NCBI GenBank assembly: GCA_965215505.1
Contig: OZ244065.1
Coordinates: 768,001 to 832,000, forward strand
Length of the DNA: 64,000 bases
Source of the DNA: Capsulimonadaceae bacterium
GTDB lineage: Bacteria > Armatimonadota > Armatimonadia > Armatimonadales > Capsulimonadaceae
Direction of reading: 5' to 3'
Shown here: piece after piece, positions 1 through 8,337 of the stretch
Numbering within the stretch: the first letter of the stretch is position 1
Layout of the letters: each line of letters opens with the position of its first letter
Program-made: the position numbers and the translations under genes
Notes under the pieces: generated by a model
Told to the model about the DNA's origin: nothing
What the model saw: only the letters and a program-made list of their open reading frames with translations
Databases searched by the model: none

Positions 1-684
1 GGCTTGGAGCAGAGGGTTGATGATCTGGCCGAACGTCTTCTGGCTCTCGTACTTCTCAGACAGTTCCTCTTTGGGCTTCGCAAGCTCGCCGATGTAAGTC
101 GGCCCCCAGCCCTGATGCGCCTGGGCGGCCGTCTGGAAGTAGTCGCCGTAGACGGGGTCGAGGCGCAGGGCGGGCGCTTCGGCGTCCCACACCCAGGTCA
201 GCGGGTGGCCTTCAAAGACATACAAGCGGCCGCCAGGCGCGAGCAGGCGAGCGACGACGGCGGCCCAGCCGTCCATGTCGTGCAGCCAGTTGATCGCGCC
301 GCGTCCGGTGTAGACCAGGTCGGCGGTGCCGTCGAGGTGGTGCGGCGTATCTAAGATATCGCAGCAGAACCAGGTTGCAGGAGCTTTCAGGGCCTCAGAC
401 TTCCGGCGGGCGACGGCGATCATGTCCTCGCTGATGTCCACGCCGACCACCTCTTTTGCCCCCTTGTTCCAGAGCGAGAGCGTGTCCGTGCCGCCCGCGC
501 ATTGCAGGTGGATGGCCCGGCGGCACCACGAGCCGAGGTCGCGAAGGTACGGCTCCTCGGCCTCGCCGAAGTTCATGCCGCCGGCCCGCAAGAACTCGAT
601 GCGGTCCTCCGTACCGTCGGCGTAGTCGGCCGCCGCCTCGTTCCAGGCGGCCCGGTTGGACTGGTGCATCTCGCGGACGGTCAT
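1..684 (-). CDS. Class I SAM-dependent methyltransferase (3' end runs off the window)
   Basis: Not in the ORF track because it has no stop in the window. Manual minus-strand translation from ATG at 684 (GGAG upstream): MTVREMHQSNRAAWNEAA...AIHLQCAGGTDTLSL...VVGVDISEDMI...LLAPGGRLYVFEGHP, which has SAM motif I and post-I/III features. Confidence 0.85.
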   Translation of the reverse strand, partial: MTVREMHQSNRAAWNEAAADYADGTEDRIEFLRAGGMNFGEAEEPYLRDLGSWCRRAIHLQCAGGTDTLSLWNKGAKEVVGVDISEDMIAVARRKSEALKAPATWFCCDILDTPHHLDGTADLVYTGRGAINWLHDMDGWAAVVARLLAPGGRLYVFEGHPLTWVWDAEAPALRLDPVYGDYFQTAAQAHQGWGPTYIGELAKPKEELSEKYESQKTFGQIINPLLQA

Positions 685-722
685 CGGCGTCTCCAAACAA
701 ACAGATCCAAACGGACGGAACA

Positions 723-749
723 AGGCCGTGGGGCATTGCCCCACGGCCT
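723..749 (-). terminator. Intrinsic terminator after amtB-glnK
   Basis: Perfect 12-bp stem AGGCCGTGGGGC-att-GCCCCACGGCCT, followed on the minus strand by TGTTCCGTCCGTTT, ~25 nt after the P-II stop. Confidence 0.7.
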
Positions 750-772
750 CATTGTACCTGACTCCGTGCCGA

Positions 773-1114
773 CTACGAGACGGCGATATCGCCGCGCTCG
801 CCGGTGCGGATGCGGACGGCTTCCAGAACGGGCGTGACGAAGATCTTGCCGTCGCCGATCTCACCCGTCCGGGCCGCGCCCTCGATGGATTCGACGACGC
901 GGTCCATCTGCGAGTCGGCGACCACGACGACGATCTGGACTTTGGGCAGCAGGTTGACCTGGTACTCGGACCCGCGGTAGTGCTGCGTGTAGCCCTTCTG
1001 CTTGCCCGCCCCCTTGATCTCGGTGACGCTGATGCCGTGAATGCCCAGTTCGTCCAGGGCGGATTTGACTTCATCCAGTCGGCTGGGGCGAATGATCGCC
1101 TCGATTCTCACCAT
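773..1114 (-). CDS. glnK: Nitrogen regulatory protein P-II (GlnK/GlnB)
   Basis: IEAIIRP, T-loop YRGSEY, RTGEIGDGKIFV and RIRTGERG motifs; directly downstream of amtB. Confidence 0.95.
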   Translation of the reverse strand: MVRIEAIIRPSRLDEVKSALDELGIHGISVTEIKGAGKQKGYTQHYRGSEYQVNLLPKVQIVVVVADSQMDRVVESIEGAARTGEIGDGKIFVTPVLEAVRIRTGERGDIAVS

Positions 1115-1138
1115 GGTCTTTTCTCCTTGTTCTGGGCC

Positions 1139-2704
1139 TTAATCTATGCCCGCCAGGGCCGGGAGGCCCGCGTTGTCGCCGGAGTAGCCTTCCTCGCCGT
1201 GGTCGGTGATGTCCAGGCCGACCTCCTCGTCATCATCCGGCACGCGCAGGCCGCCGCAGACGACCTTGACGACCGAGCCGATGATGAGTGTCGCCACGAC
1301 GGCCATGATGACCGTCAGCAGTATCGCCTCAAGCTGAGCCACGGGCTGACCCCATGAGGCATCTTTCTGACCGGAGAAGGGTCCACTGGCGACGCCAAGC
1401 TGGGCGCTCCCGCCGGAATTGACCAGAGAGTTAACGGCCCCGTTGGCGAACAGGCCGGTTGCCAGTGCCCCCCACATTCCGCCGCAGGCGTGGACGCCGA
1501 AGACGTCCAAGGCGTCGTCGTAGCGGTTGAGCTTGCCTTTGAGCTGGATCATGGAGAAGCAGATCGGGGACACGATCAGTCCGATCAGCAGGGCATCAAA
1601 GGCGTTCACGAAGCCGCAGGCGGGGGTGATTGCGACGAGGCCCGCGACCGCGCCCGACCCGAAGCCGACCGCCGTGGGCTTCTTGAACCGTATCCACTCG
1701 ATGACGGTCCAGGACATGGCGGCGGCGGCGGTAGCGATGTGCGTGTTGATGAACGCCGCCGTGGCGACGCCGTCGGCGGCGAGCTGCGAACCCGCGTTGA
1801 AGCCGAACCAGCCGAACCACAGCAGGGCGACGCCGATGAGGACCATCGGGACGTTGTGCGGGCGCATCTCCTCCGCGCCGTGGCCGCGCCGCTTGCCGAG
1901 CATCATGCAGAGGACGAGGGCGGAGACGCCTGAAGAAATATGAACGACGGTGCCGCCCGCGAAGTCAATGGCATGGAGCTTGCCGGTGCCGATCAGCCCG
2001 CCATCCCAGACCATGTGCGCCAACGGGTCGTAGAAGAAGGTCGCCCACAGGAGGATGAACAGGCAGTACGCGCCGAACTTCATCCGCTCGGCGACCGCGC
2101 CGGAGATCAGCGCGGGTGTGATGATCGCGAACGTCATCTGGAACAGCATGAAGATCGCGCCGGGAATGGTGGGCGCATTCGAGACGGGCGTCGCGCCCGC
2201 CCCGGCCTGCAACCCCATCCAGCTCATCGGGCTGGCGATGATCAGGTGAAGCGGGCCGTTCACGGCGGTCGGGCCGAAGGCGACCGAGTAGCCCCAGAGC
2301 ATCCACTGGATGCTGATGATGCCGATGGCGACGAAGGACATCATCAGCGTATTCAGGACGTTCTTGGAGCGCACCAGCCCGCCGTAGAAGAGGGCCAGGC
2401 CGGGCGTCATCAGCATGACCAGGGCGGTCGCGACGATCATCCAGGCGGTGTCGCCCCGGCTCGCGCCCTCAGGGGTCAGCGCGGCGTTCGTGATGTTTTT
2501 TAGACTGGAGGAGCTGGAGATGGCCGCGACAGGCTTGACGGTGTCATCCTGCACCATCGTACTGCCGTTGATGTTAGCGGGCGCGGCGGTCGCCGCAGGC
2601 GGCGGAGCAGCGGGCACGGCCGTCGGGGCCTGGGCGTAGACGGTCAGAGACAGCGGCAGGAGCGCCAGCACGCCGAGCGCGTGACGCCAGAAGTTGGGTT
2701 TCAC
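1139..2704 (-). CDS. amtB: Ammonium transporter AmtB with signal peptide and Pro/Ala-rich N-terminal linker
   Basis: MTPGLALFYGG, FQMTFAIITPALISGA, DFAGGTVVH, LWFGWFGFNAGS motifs. Start placed at GTG 2704 because of an AGGAGG SD upstream. Confidence 0.95.
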   Translation of the reverse strand: MKPNFWRHALGVLALLPLSLTVYAQAPTAVPAAPPPAATAAPANINGSTMVQDDTVKPVAAISSSSSLKNITNAALTPEGASRGDTAWMIVATALVMLMTPGLALFYGGLVRSKNVLNTLMMSFVAIGIISIQWMLWGYSVAFGPTAVNGPLHLIIASPMSWMGLQAGAGATPVSNAPTIPGAIFMLFQMTFAIITPALISGAVAERMKFGAYCLFILLWATFFYDPLAHMVWDGGLIGTGKLHAIDFAGGTVVHISSGVSALVLCMMLGKRRGHGAEEMRPHNVPMVLIGVALLWFGWFGFNAGSQLAADGVATAAFINTHIATAAAAMSWTVIEWIRFKKPTAVGFGSGAVAGLVAITPACGFVNAFDALLIGLIVSPICFSMIQLKGKLNRYDDALDVFGVHACGGMWGALATGLFANGAVNSLVNSGGSAQLGVASGPFSGQKDASWGQPVAQLEAILLTVIMAVVATLIIGSVVKVVCGGLRVPDDDEEVGLDITDHGEEGYSGDNAGLPALAGID

Positions 2705-2802
2705 GGAAAAGCATCCTCCTGAAAGGGGGTTTGAGTGTACCGGGTGCTTCATCGCGTGTGCCGGAGGTTGGTTCACCAGGCGTCTCTGCCGGGAGTGCGC
2801 TT

Positions 2803-2832
2803 AGTCTAGCACAGGCCGGGAACCTTTGTCAA
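2803..2832 (-). promoter_or_regulatory. Sigma70-type promoter of amtB-glnK
   Basis: Minus strand TTGACA-N18-TAGACT with TG-n extended -10. Confidence 0.6.
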
Positions 2833-2872
2833 GCCCGCATGCGTACTGCTTCGGGCAATCGTTCTGTCCGCC

Positions 2873-4291
2873 TCATAGGTGGGAGGCAAGATACACCACG
2901 AACTGGTCCTGCGCGCTCCCCGCCTGCCGGGCCGTACCGGGGAAGTTGTTCATCAGCAATGAGAAGGCGTACAGCGCCCCCGAACGGCCCGTGACGTAGC
3001 CGGACAGGGCGCGCACCTGGCCCAAGGTGCCGGTCTTAGCGTGGACGTTATCGGCTGCAAATGTCCCCTTCATACGGCTTTTTAGAGTGCCGTCTACGCC
3101 CGCGATAGGCAGCGAATCGTACCAGACGCGCCAGTCCGGCTTCTGGTGCATGCCCAGGAGCAGGGCGGTCACGGCGCGGGCCGTCACGAAGTTGCGCCGC
3201 CCCACCCCGCAGCCGTCCACCATGCCCAGGGCGGACGTGTCCAGGCCCAGGCCCCGCAGAAATTCTGTTTCGCGCGCATGGCCGATGTCATAAGACAGAG
3301 GCGCGTCGCCGTTCGTGCCGATCAGGCGCACCAGGGACTCGGCCAGCAGGTTGTCGCTGGGCTTGTTCATGCGCGGGAGATACTGTGCCAGCGGGAGGCT
3401 GAGGTGTTCGGCCAGCAGCGCGGTTTGGGCGGGCGTCCTTCCGGTCACAGCCCGGCCTGTCACTTCGATGCCCGCTTTGCCGAGCGACTGCCGCAGCAAG
3501 GTGGCGGCCAGCAGCGGCGGGTCCTGGACGGGGACGTTCTGGTCCAGCACGGCCCCGAGCGGCAGAGTGCCGGTGATGCGAAAATAGTTCTTATCCCAGG
3601 GACGGGCCACGGCGCAGTCGTTCGCCTCCTCCTTCGGTCCTGTCTTCGCGGCGACGACGACCGGCACATAGTCGGTCGGCGGCGTCAGAGTGACGGTCGG
3701 CGGATCGTCCGGCGCTTTGCCCGGCGCGACATGGACACCCAGAACGCCCTCGTTCACTTCCAGGGCCGAAATCTGCGGGAATTCTTCATCGGAGAAGTCG
3801 TCCCACTCCCAGCCGAAGCCGTAAGGCCCATCGGTGAAGAGGCTGCCGTCACCGACGACGTTCCCGTCGATCCGCTTGATGCCCCCCTGGGCCAGCGTTT
3901 GGGCCAAGGCGTCCAGATCGCCCGGCGACAACAGGCCGTCGCCGCCGCCGCGCAGATACAGGCTGCCGTGAACCGTGCCCGCTGCGTCCGGCTTCGCGTC
4001 CGCTTGTATCCTGGTGTGTATCTGGAACCCGTCCCCCAGCACTTCCAGGGCGGCGGCCGAGGTGAACAGCTTGCGGTTGGAGGCGGGGATCAGCCGCGTG
4101 TCGGCGTCATGCGCGTACACAACCTGCCCGTCATCCACGCGGCAGACGATGGCCCCCGTGACGCCGCCTTTCAGGCCGGGAGCCTCTAGCGTCTTGTCGA
4201 GGGCAGGGGCCAGCGAATCCTGCGCGCGGGCCGGTGCGAGGGAAGCGAGCAGTAGGAGCGCGGCCAGCAAAACGGGACGGTGAATCGTCAT
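2873..4291 (-). CDS. dacB: D-alanyl-D-alanine carboxypeptidase/endopeptidase (PBP4, peptidase S13)
   Basis: Signal peptide; PASNRK (SxxK), SDN (SxN) and AKTGT (KTG) motifs; LPIAGVDGTL. Confidence 0.93.
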   Translation of the reverse strand: MTIHRPVLLAALLLLASLAPARAQDSLAPALDKTLEAPGLKGGVTGAIVCRVDDGQVVYAHDADTRLIPASNRKLFTSAAALEVLGDGFQIHTRIQADAKPDAAGTVHGSLYLRGGGDGLLSPGDLDALAQTLAQGGIKRIDGNVVGDGSLFTDGPYGFGWEWDDFSDEEFPQISALEVNEGVLGVHVAPGKAPDDPPTVTLTPPTDYVPVVVAAKTGPKEEANDCAVARPWDKNYFRITGTLPLGAVLDQNVPVQDPPLLAATLLRQSLGKAGIEVTGRAVTGRTPAQTALLAEHLSLPLAQYLPRMNKPSDNLLAESLVRLIGTNGDAPLSYDIGHARETEFLRGLGLDTSALGMVDGCGVGRRNFVTARAVTALLLGMHQKPDWRVWYDSLPIAGVDGTLKSRMKGTFAADNVHAKTGTLGQVRALSGYVTGRSGALYAFSLLMNNFPGTARQAGSAQDQFVVYLASHL

Positions 4292-4737
4292 TCAGCAAAC
4301 CTCTTCGTGAAGTAGTAACCGTCATTACTCATGCCGACCGCGCCGTAGGTCTGATGCGCGGCGGTGCGCGCGTAGCCGGACTCCAGCCGCACCCAGTCGC
4401 ATCCGCGCTCCGCCGCCAGCGAAAAAGCCCGCTCCAAAAGGGCGCGGGCCACCCCCCTGCCGCGAGCCGCTTCGGTCACGATCAGGTCAGGAACCCAGCC
4501 CTGCGGGTGAACATAGTTGAGGTGTTCGCGGAACACCAGCGAGAGAAAGCCGACGATTTTTCCGTCGGCTTCGGCCACAAGAGACGCCGTCTGCGGGTCG
4601 GCGACGTGCCGCTCATAGACGGCCTGCGCCGCGTCCGCCATCTCGGGCGTCAGGCGCGGGCGGCCGAGTTCGGCCAGCAGGGCGGCGACCGGGAGGAAGT
4701 CGGCGGAGGTGATCGGGCGGACGAGGATTTCGCTCAT
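4288..4737 (-). CDS. GNAT family N-acetyltransferase
   Basis: C-terminal 149 aa of the long track ORF: LIVTEAARGRGVARALL (acetyl-CoA motif A). Start at ATG 4737 with TATAAT 6 nt upstream; ATGA overlap with dacB. Confidence 0.85.
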   Translation of the reverse strand: MSEILVRPITSADFLPVAALLAELGRPRLTPEMADAAQAVYERHVADPQTASLVAEADGKIVGFLSLVFREHLNYVHPQGWVPDLIVTEAARGRGVARALLERAFSLAAERGCDWVRLESGYARTAAHQTYGAVGMSNDGYYFTKRFAE

Positions 4738-4821
4738 GGCGTCATTATACACGCTTCCTTTGCCTCCGGCAAGCATGAGGCCGGGGAGGAATCCCCCTTC
4801 CTTCCCCCGAACTAGACTCCC

Positions 4822-5493
4822 ATGACACCTTTGGGAGCCATCTTTGACTGTGACGGCCTGCTGGCCGACACCGAGACGCCGGACTACGACGCCTGGCGCA
4901 TGGTCTACGAGGAGCAGGGCCTGCACCTGCCCGTCGCGCTCTGGGCGGAGAGCATCGGGACTGCGAAGGGCCATGACCGAAACGACTGGCACACGCCGCT
5001 GGCCGAGCGGGTCGGGGCGGGCTACGACCGGGAGGCGACCCAGGCGCGTCGGCGCGCGCACTATCAGGAGGCCATCGGGCGGCTGACGCCGATGCCGGGC
5101 GTCCTGGCCCTGCTGGACGCGCTGGACGAGGCCGTTATCCCCTGCGCCGTCGCCTCTAACTCTGAGCGCGCCTGGGTGGACCGCGTGCTGAACATCACCG
5201 GCCTGACGTCCCGCTTCCGGGTGATCGCCACGGCTGACGAGGTCGCGCGCCCCAAGCCAGCACCCGACGTGTATCTGCTGGCCGCCGAGCGGCTGGGCGT
5301 CGCGCCGGAACACTGCGCGGCTTTCGAGGACTCGCCGCGCGGCCTGGCCGCGGCCCACGCGGCGGGCATGTTCACCGTCGCCGTGCCGACCGCCCTGACC
5401 CGCCACCTGGCGTTCGAGCAGGCGCATCATCTGGTAGAGAGTTTGGAGCGCCTGACCCTGGAACACCTGGGACGTCCACAGGAGAACCAGTGA
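4822..5493 (+). CDS. HAD superfamily phosphatase (beta-PGM/CbbY-like)
   Basis: IFDCDGLLADTE motif I, ASNS motif II, KPAPDVY motif III, FEDSPRG motif IV. Confidence 0.9.
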   Translation: MTPLGAIFDCDGLLADTETPDYDAWRMVYEEQGLHLPVALWAESIGTAKGHDRNDWHTPLAERVGAGYDREATQARRRAHYQEAIGRLTPMPGVLALLDALDEAVIPCAVASNSERAWVDRVLNITGLTSRFRVIATADEVARPKPAPDVYLLAAERLGVAPEHCAAFEDSPRGLAAAHAAGMFTVAVPTALTRHLAFEQAHHLVESLERLTLEHLGRPQENQ

Positions 5494-5960
5494 CATCCCG
5501 TAGGGAGTGTGTCGGGCTTGCCCTACTCGCTGCCACCCTAATCGGTGCCGTCGGGGCCAGTGCTGATCCTGGCGGGCCTGCTATCTCCGGCCTCCGCGTT
5601 GCAAACCGGATGGGGCCGTCGCAGGGAATCGGCACCCGCTTCGCCTGGAGAGTCAGGGCGTCCCGGCAGGGTTCCGTCGTTCAAAGGACGTCCGACGGCG
5701 GCCGGTCGTGGGAGGATAGGACGCCGCCTGGCTTCACCCACTCAGCCCCGGACCTGAACGACGGGGACATTTACCCGTCCAGCTTCGGGATGAGCGCCCT
5801 GGACTCTCAGCGTTGCTGGATCGCTTTCGTCGGTTTGGGGCGTTCACTGTCCGCCTCCGCAACAATGATCCCGAGATGGAGCAGACCGTCAACTATGTGA
5901 CGCATGACGGCGGTGAACACTGGCACATAGCAGAACCCGTCAGGAGAAAATCCATTGACA
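5490..5960 (+). pseudogene. Disrupted secreted Asp-box/BNR-repeat (YCF48-like) protein
   Basis: Signal peptide and TSDGGRSW Asp-box in the 5490 frame; a second Asp-box THDGGEHW lies in a different frame (5813 ORF). Too short for a full propeller. Confidence 0.55.
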
Positions 5961-6908
5961 CCCCAAGAAACTGTCCTCGCGCTCACACGCCACATCCGCG
6001 ACACCGTCCGGCCCCACCTGGGGGCGTGGCACGGGCGGCAGATTTCGGGCACGGCGGCGAGCGGCGATGCGACGTTCGGCATTGACGAGATCGCCGAGGA
6101 GGCCATCGTCTCGTTCATCGAGCGCGAGAAGCTGTCCATCGCGTATTACTCAGAAGACAAAGGGCTGATCGAGTTCGGGGAGTCGCCCGAGGCGGTCCTG
6201 ATCATCGACCCAATTGACGGGACGCGGCCCGCCATCGCCGGGTTTGAGGCCTGCGTCGTCTCAGTCGCCTGGGCGGACTACGCGCCCGATGTGACTTTGG
6301 GGGACGTGCGGTTCGGCTGCATCGGCGAGATCAAGAACGACGACCTGTTCTGGGCGGAGCGAGGCGGCGGGGCGCACTGGATCGGGCCGGACGGGGCGGA
6401 GAAGGCCGCGCGGCTCCTGCCCATTGAAGAGATCGCGAAGGCTCCCCTGACGTTTGAGGTGGTCGCCCGGCCCTTTGAATGGATCGGAGTCGCGCTGGGC
6501 GAGATCGTGGACGCCTCTTCCATGACCGGCGGCTGTTTCCTGTTCAACTCGACGGCGTTCTCACTGACGCGCCTGATGACCGGGCAGCTCGCCGCCACCA
6601 TGGACGTCGGCAACCGGCTCCTGCGCGACTTCCCCGCAGGACGGGAGCGGTTCCTCGCGCTCGGATTCGGCCGGCCCATCGGCCTGTTCGCCTATGACAT
6701 CGCCGCCGCCGCTCTGATCGCGCAGGAGGCGGGCGCGGTGGTCACGGACGCCTACGGGGACTCGCTGGACGGGACGCGGCTTCTGGACACGAGCGAGCCG
6801 AATTTACAGTCCATCTTGGGCGCGTCCAACGGAGTCCTGCACGAGAAACTCTTGGCCGCGATCCATTCCGGGTTCGGGCGGCTTCACATCACCGGGGAAA
6901 CTGAATGA
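5955..6908 (+). CDS. Inositol monophosphatase / FBPase (FIG superfamily) protein
   Basis: GDATFGIDEIAE, SEDKG, IIDPIDGT and YDIAAAALIAQEAGAVVTD motifs. Confidence 0.85.
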   Translation: MTPQETVLALTRHIRDTVRPHLGAWHGRQISGTAASGDATFGIDEIAEEAIVSFIEREKLSIAYYSEDKGLIEFGESPEAVLIIDPIDGTRPAIAGFEACVVSVAWADYAPDVTLGDVRFGCIGEIKNDDLFWAERGGGAHWIGPDGAEKAARLLPIEEIAKAPLTFEVVARPFEWIGVALGEIVDASSMTGGCFLFNSTAFSLTRLMTGQLAATMDVGNRLLRDFPAGRERFLALGFGRPIGLFAYDIAAAALIAQEAGAVVTDAYGDSLDGTRLLDTSEPNLQSILGASNGVLHEKLLAAIHSGFGRLHITGETE

Positions 6909-7348
6909 GCAAACTGCGCTGGGTGTTGATCGGCGGGGGGCTGGCCGCGCTGGGGTATTGGGGCTGGGGGAGGCGTCACGGGCTGTTCGTCAACGACATC
7001 ACGACGGGCGAGTGCGCGGCCTATCCCGCCCTGCGCTCGCGCGTCTACTATGCGGATGTGGCCCAGGCGATGGCGGCTGGGGAGAAGGCTATCCAAGACT
7101 TGAAGCGCTGGAGTCTGGTGCGGCGGGACGGGGAGAACGATGCGCTGGAGGCCGAAGTGCGGACGCCGATCGGACCCTTCACGGACGACGTGACTGTTTA
7201 CTTCTTCTCGCTAGGGGGCGGTCAGACGCGGGTGACGATCCGCTCCCGGTCGCGCGTGGGCCGGGGCGATCTGGGCCAGAACGCCGTACACATCCGCGAG
7301 CTGCAAAGGGCCATGGACGACCGGCTGAACGGCGGGGCGGCGTTCTAG
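6905..7348 (+). CDS. DUF1499-like protein
   Basis: N-terminal hydrophobic segment, NDITT, FTDDVTV and IRSRSRVGRGDLGQNA motifs. Confidence 0.8.
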   Translation: MSKLRWVLIGGGLAALGYWGWGRRHGLFVNDITTGECAAYPALRSRVYYADVAQAMAAGEKAIQDLKRWSLVRRDGENDALEAEVRTPIGPFTDDVTVYFFSLGGGQTRVTIRSRSRVGRGDLGQNAVHIRELQRAMDDRLNGGAAF

Positions 7349-7395
7349 GCGGCTTCTGCCCGCCGGGGAAAGGCCCGTTATTGGGAGGAGCGTTG

Positions 7396-8337
7396 ATGCC
7401 ATCATTCCACATCCGTGCCCTAGACCTGCCTCTGGACCCCGACGTCTACCGCCGCTTTCTACCGGAACCGCCGGACACGGCGGAGGCAGAGGAACGGTTT
7501 GCCCACGACATCACTGCGCTCGGTCTGACAGACGTCTGCATGGCGTTCCTGGGCGAATGTGTGGTCGGGGGCGGCGTCGGGCTGGCGCTGCTGAAAGCGG
7601 AGGGAATGTCGGCCGGTCAGGCGAAGGCACTGGTCATTGTCCCGCCCTCGCAGCGTCGCCGGGGCATCGGCAGCGCGCTCCTGGCCGCCCTGGAAGATGC
7701 CGCTCGGCGGCAAGGACGGACGTCGCTCCAGTGCTATGCCCGTCTGGGGGAGGGCACCCTCGCGTTCGCACTCGCGAACGGCTGGCACGAGACGCGGCGG
7801 GAGGTCGTTCAAAGCACCGGGGTGGACGGGGACTCGGGGTTGGCCCCTCCGACCGTCGCCGACGTGTCCTTCGAAGCCCGGCTGGGGCCGTCCCTCAGCC
7901 GGGATGAGGCGGAAGCGGTCTACGGGGCGTATGCGGACGCGGGGCCGGCCTTCGCGGCGTGCGTGCCCCTGGAAGATTTCATCGGACGTGTCACGCAGGA
8001 GCGGCCCTTCAACCAGGTCGCCGTCGCCTGGCGGGGCGGCCAGTGCGTCGGGATGGCCTGGGGCCAGGATGCCGCGCCTGACGCGGTGTTCAACGAGTTT
8101 ACCGGAGTCCGGCCCGCGTCCGCCGGGAGAGGCATCGCCACCTGCCTCAAAATCCTCCTCGTCCAAGCAGCGCGGCAGGCGGGCCGGCCCCACCTGTTCA
8201 CCTGCAACAGCCCCGGCAACGCCTCGATCCTCGCCATCAACCGCAATCTCGGCTACCGGCCCTACTGCGAGCTGGCGGCGCTTGAAAAGGAGACAGGCCC
8301 GGCTTCCCTTCCCTCACGCCCCCACGAGCTGGACTAG
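7396..8337 (+). CDS. Tandem-domain GNAT acetyltransferase
   Basis: Two motif A copies (VPPSQRRRGIGSALL; TGVRPASAGRGIATCLK) and NASILAINRNLGY; GGAGGAG SD before ATG 7396. Confidence 0.8.
   Translation: MPSFHIRALDLPLDPDVYRRFLPEPPDTAEAEERFAHDITALGLTDVCMAFLGECVVGGGVGLALLKAEGMSAGQAKALVIVPPSQRRRGIGSALLAALEDAARRQGRTSLQCYARLGEGTLAFALANGWHETRREVVQSTGVDGDSGLAPPTVADVSFEARLGPSLSRDEAEAVYGAYADAGPAFAACVPLEDFIGRVTQERPFNQVAVAWRGGQCVGMAWGQDAAPDAVFNEFTGVRPASAGRGIATCLKILLVQAARQAGRPHLFTCNSPGNASILAINRNLGYRPYCELAALEKETGPASLPSRPHELD

Noticed and set aside
4738-5496. N-terminal 250 aa of the 402-aa ORF as a GNAT fusion
   Set aside because: It is the antisense of the HAD gene; the GNAT has its own start and -10 at 4737.
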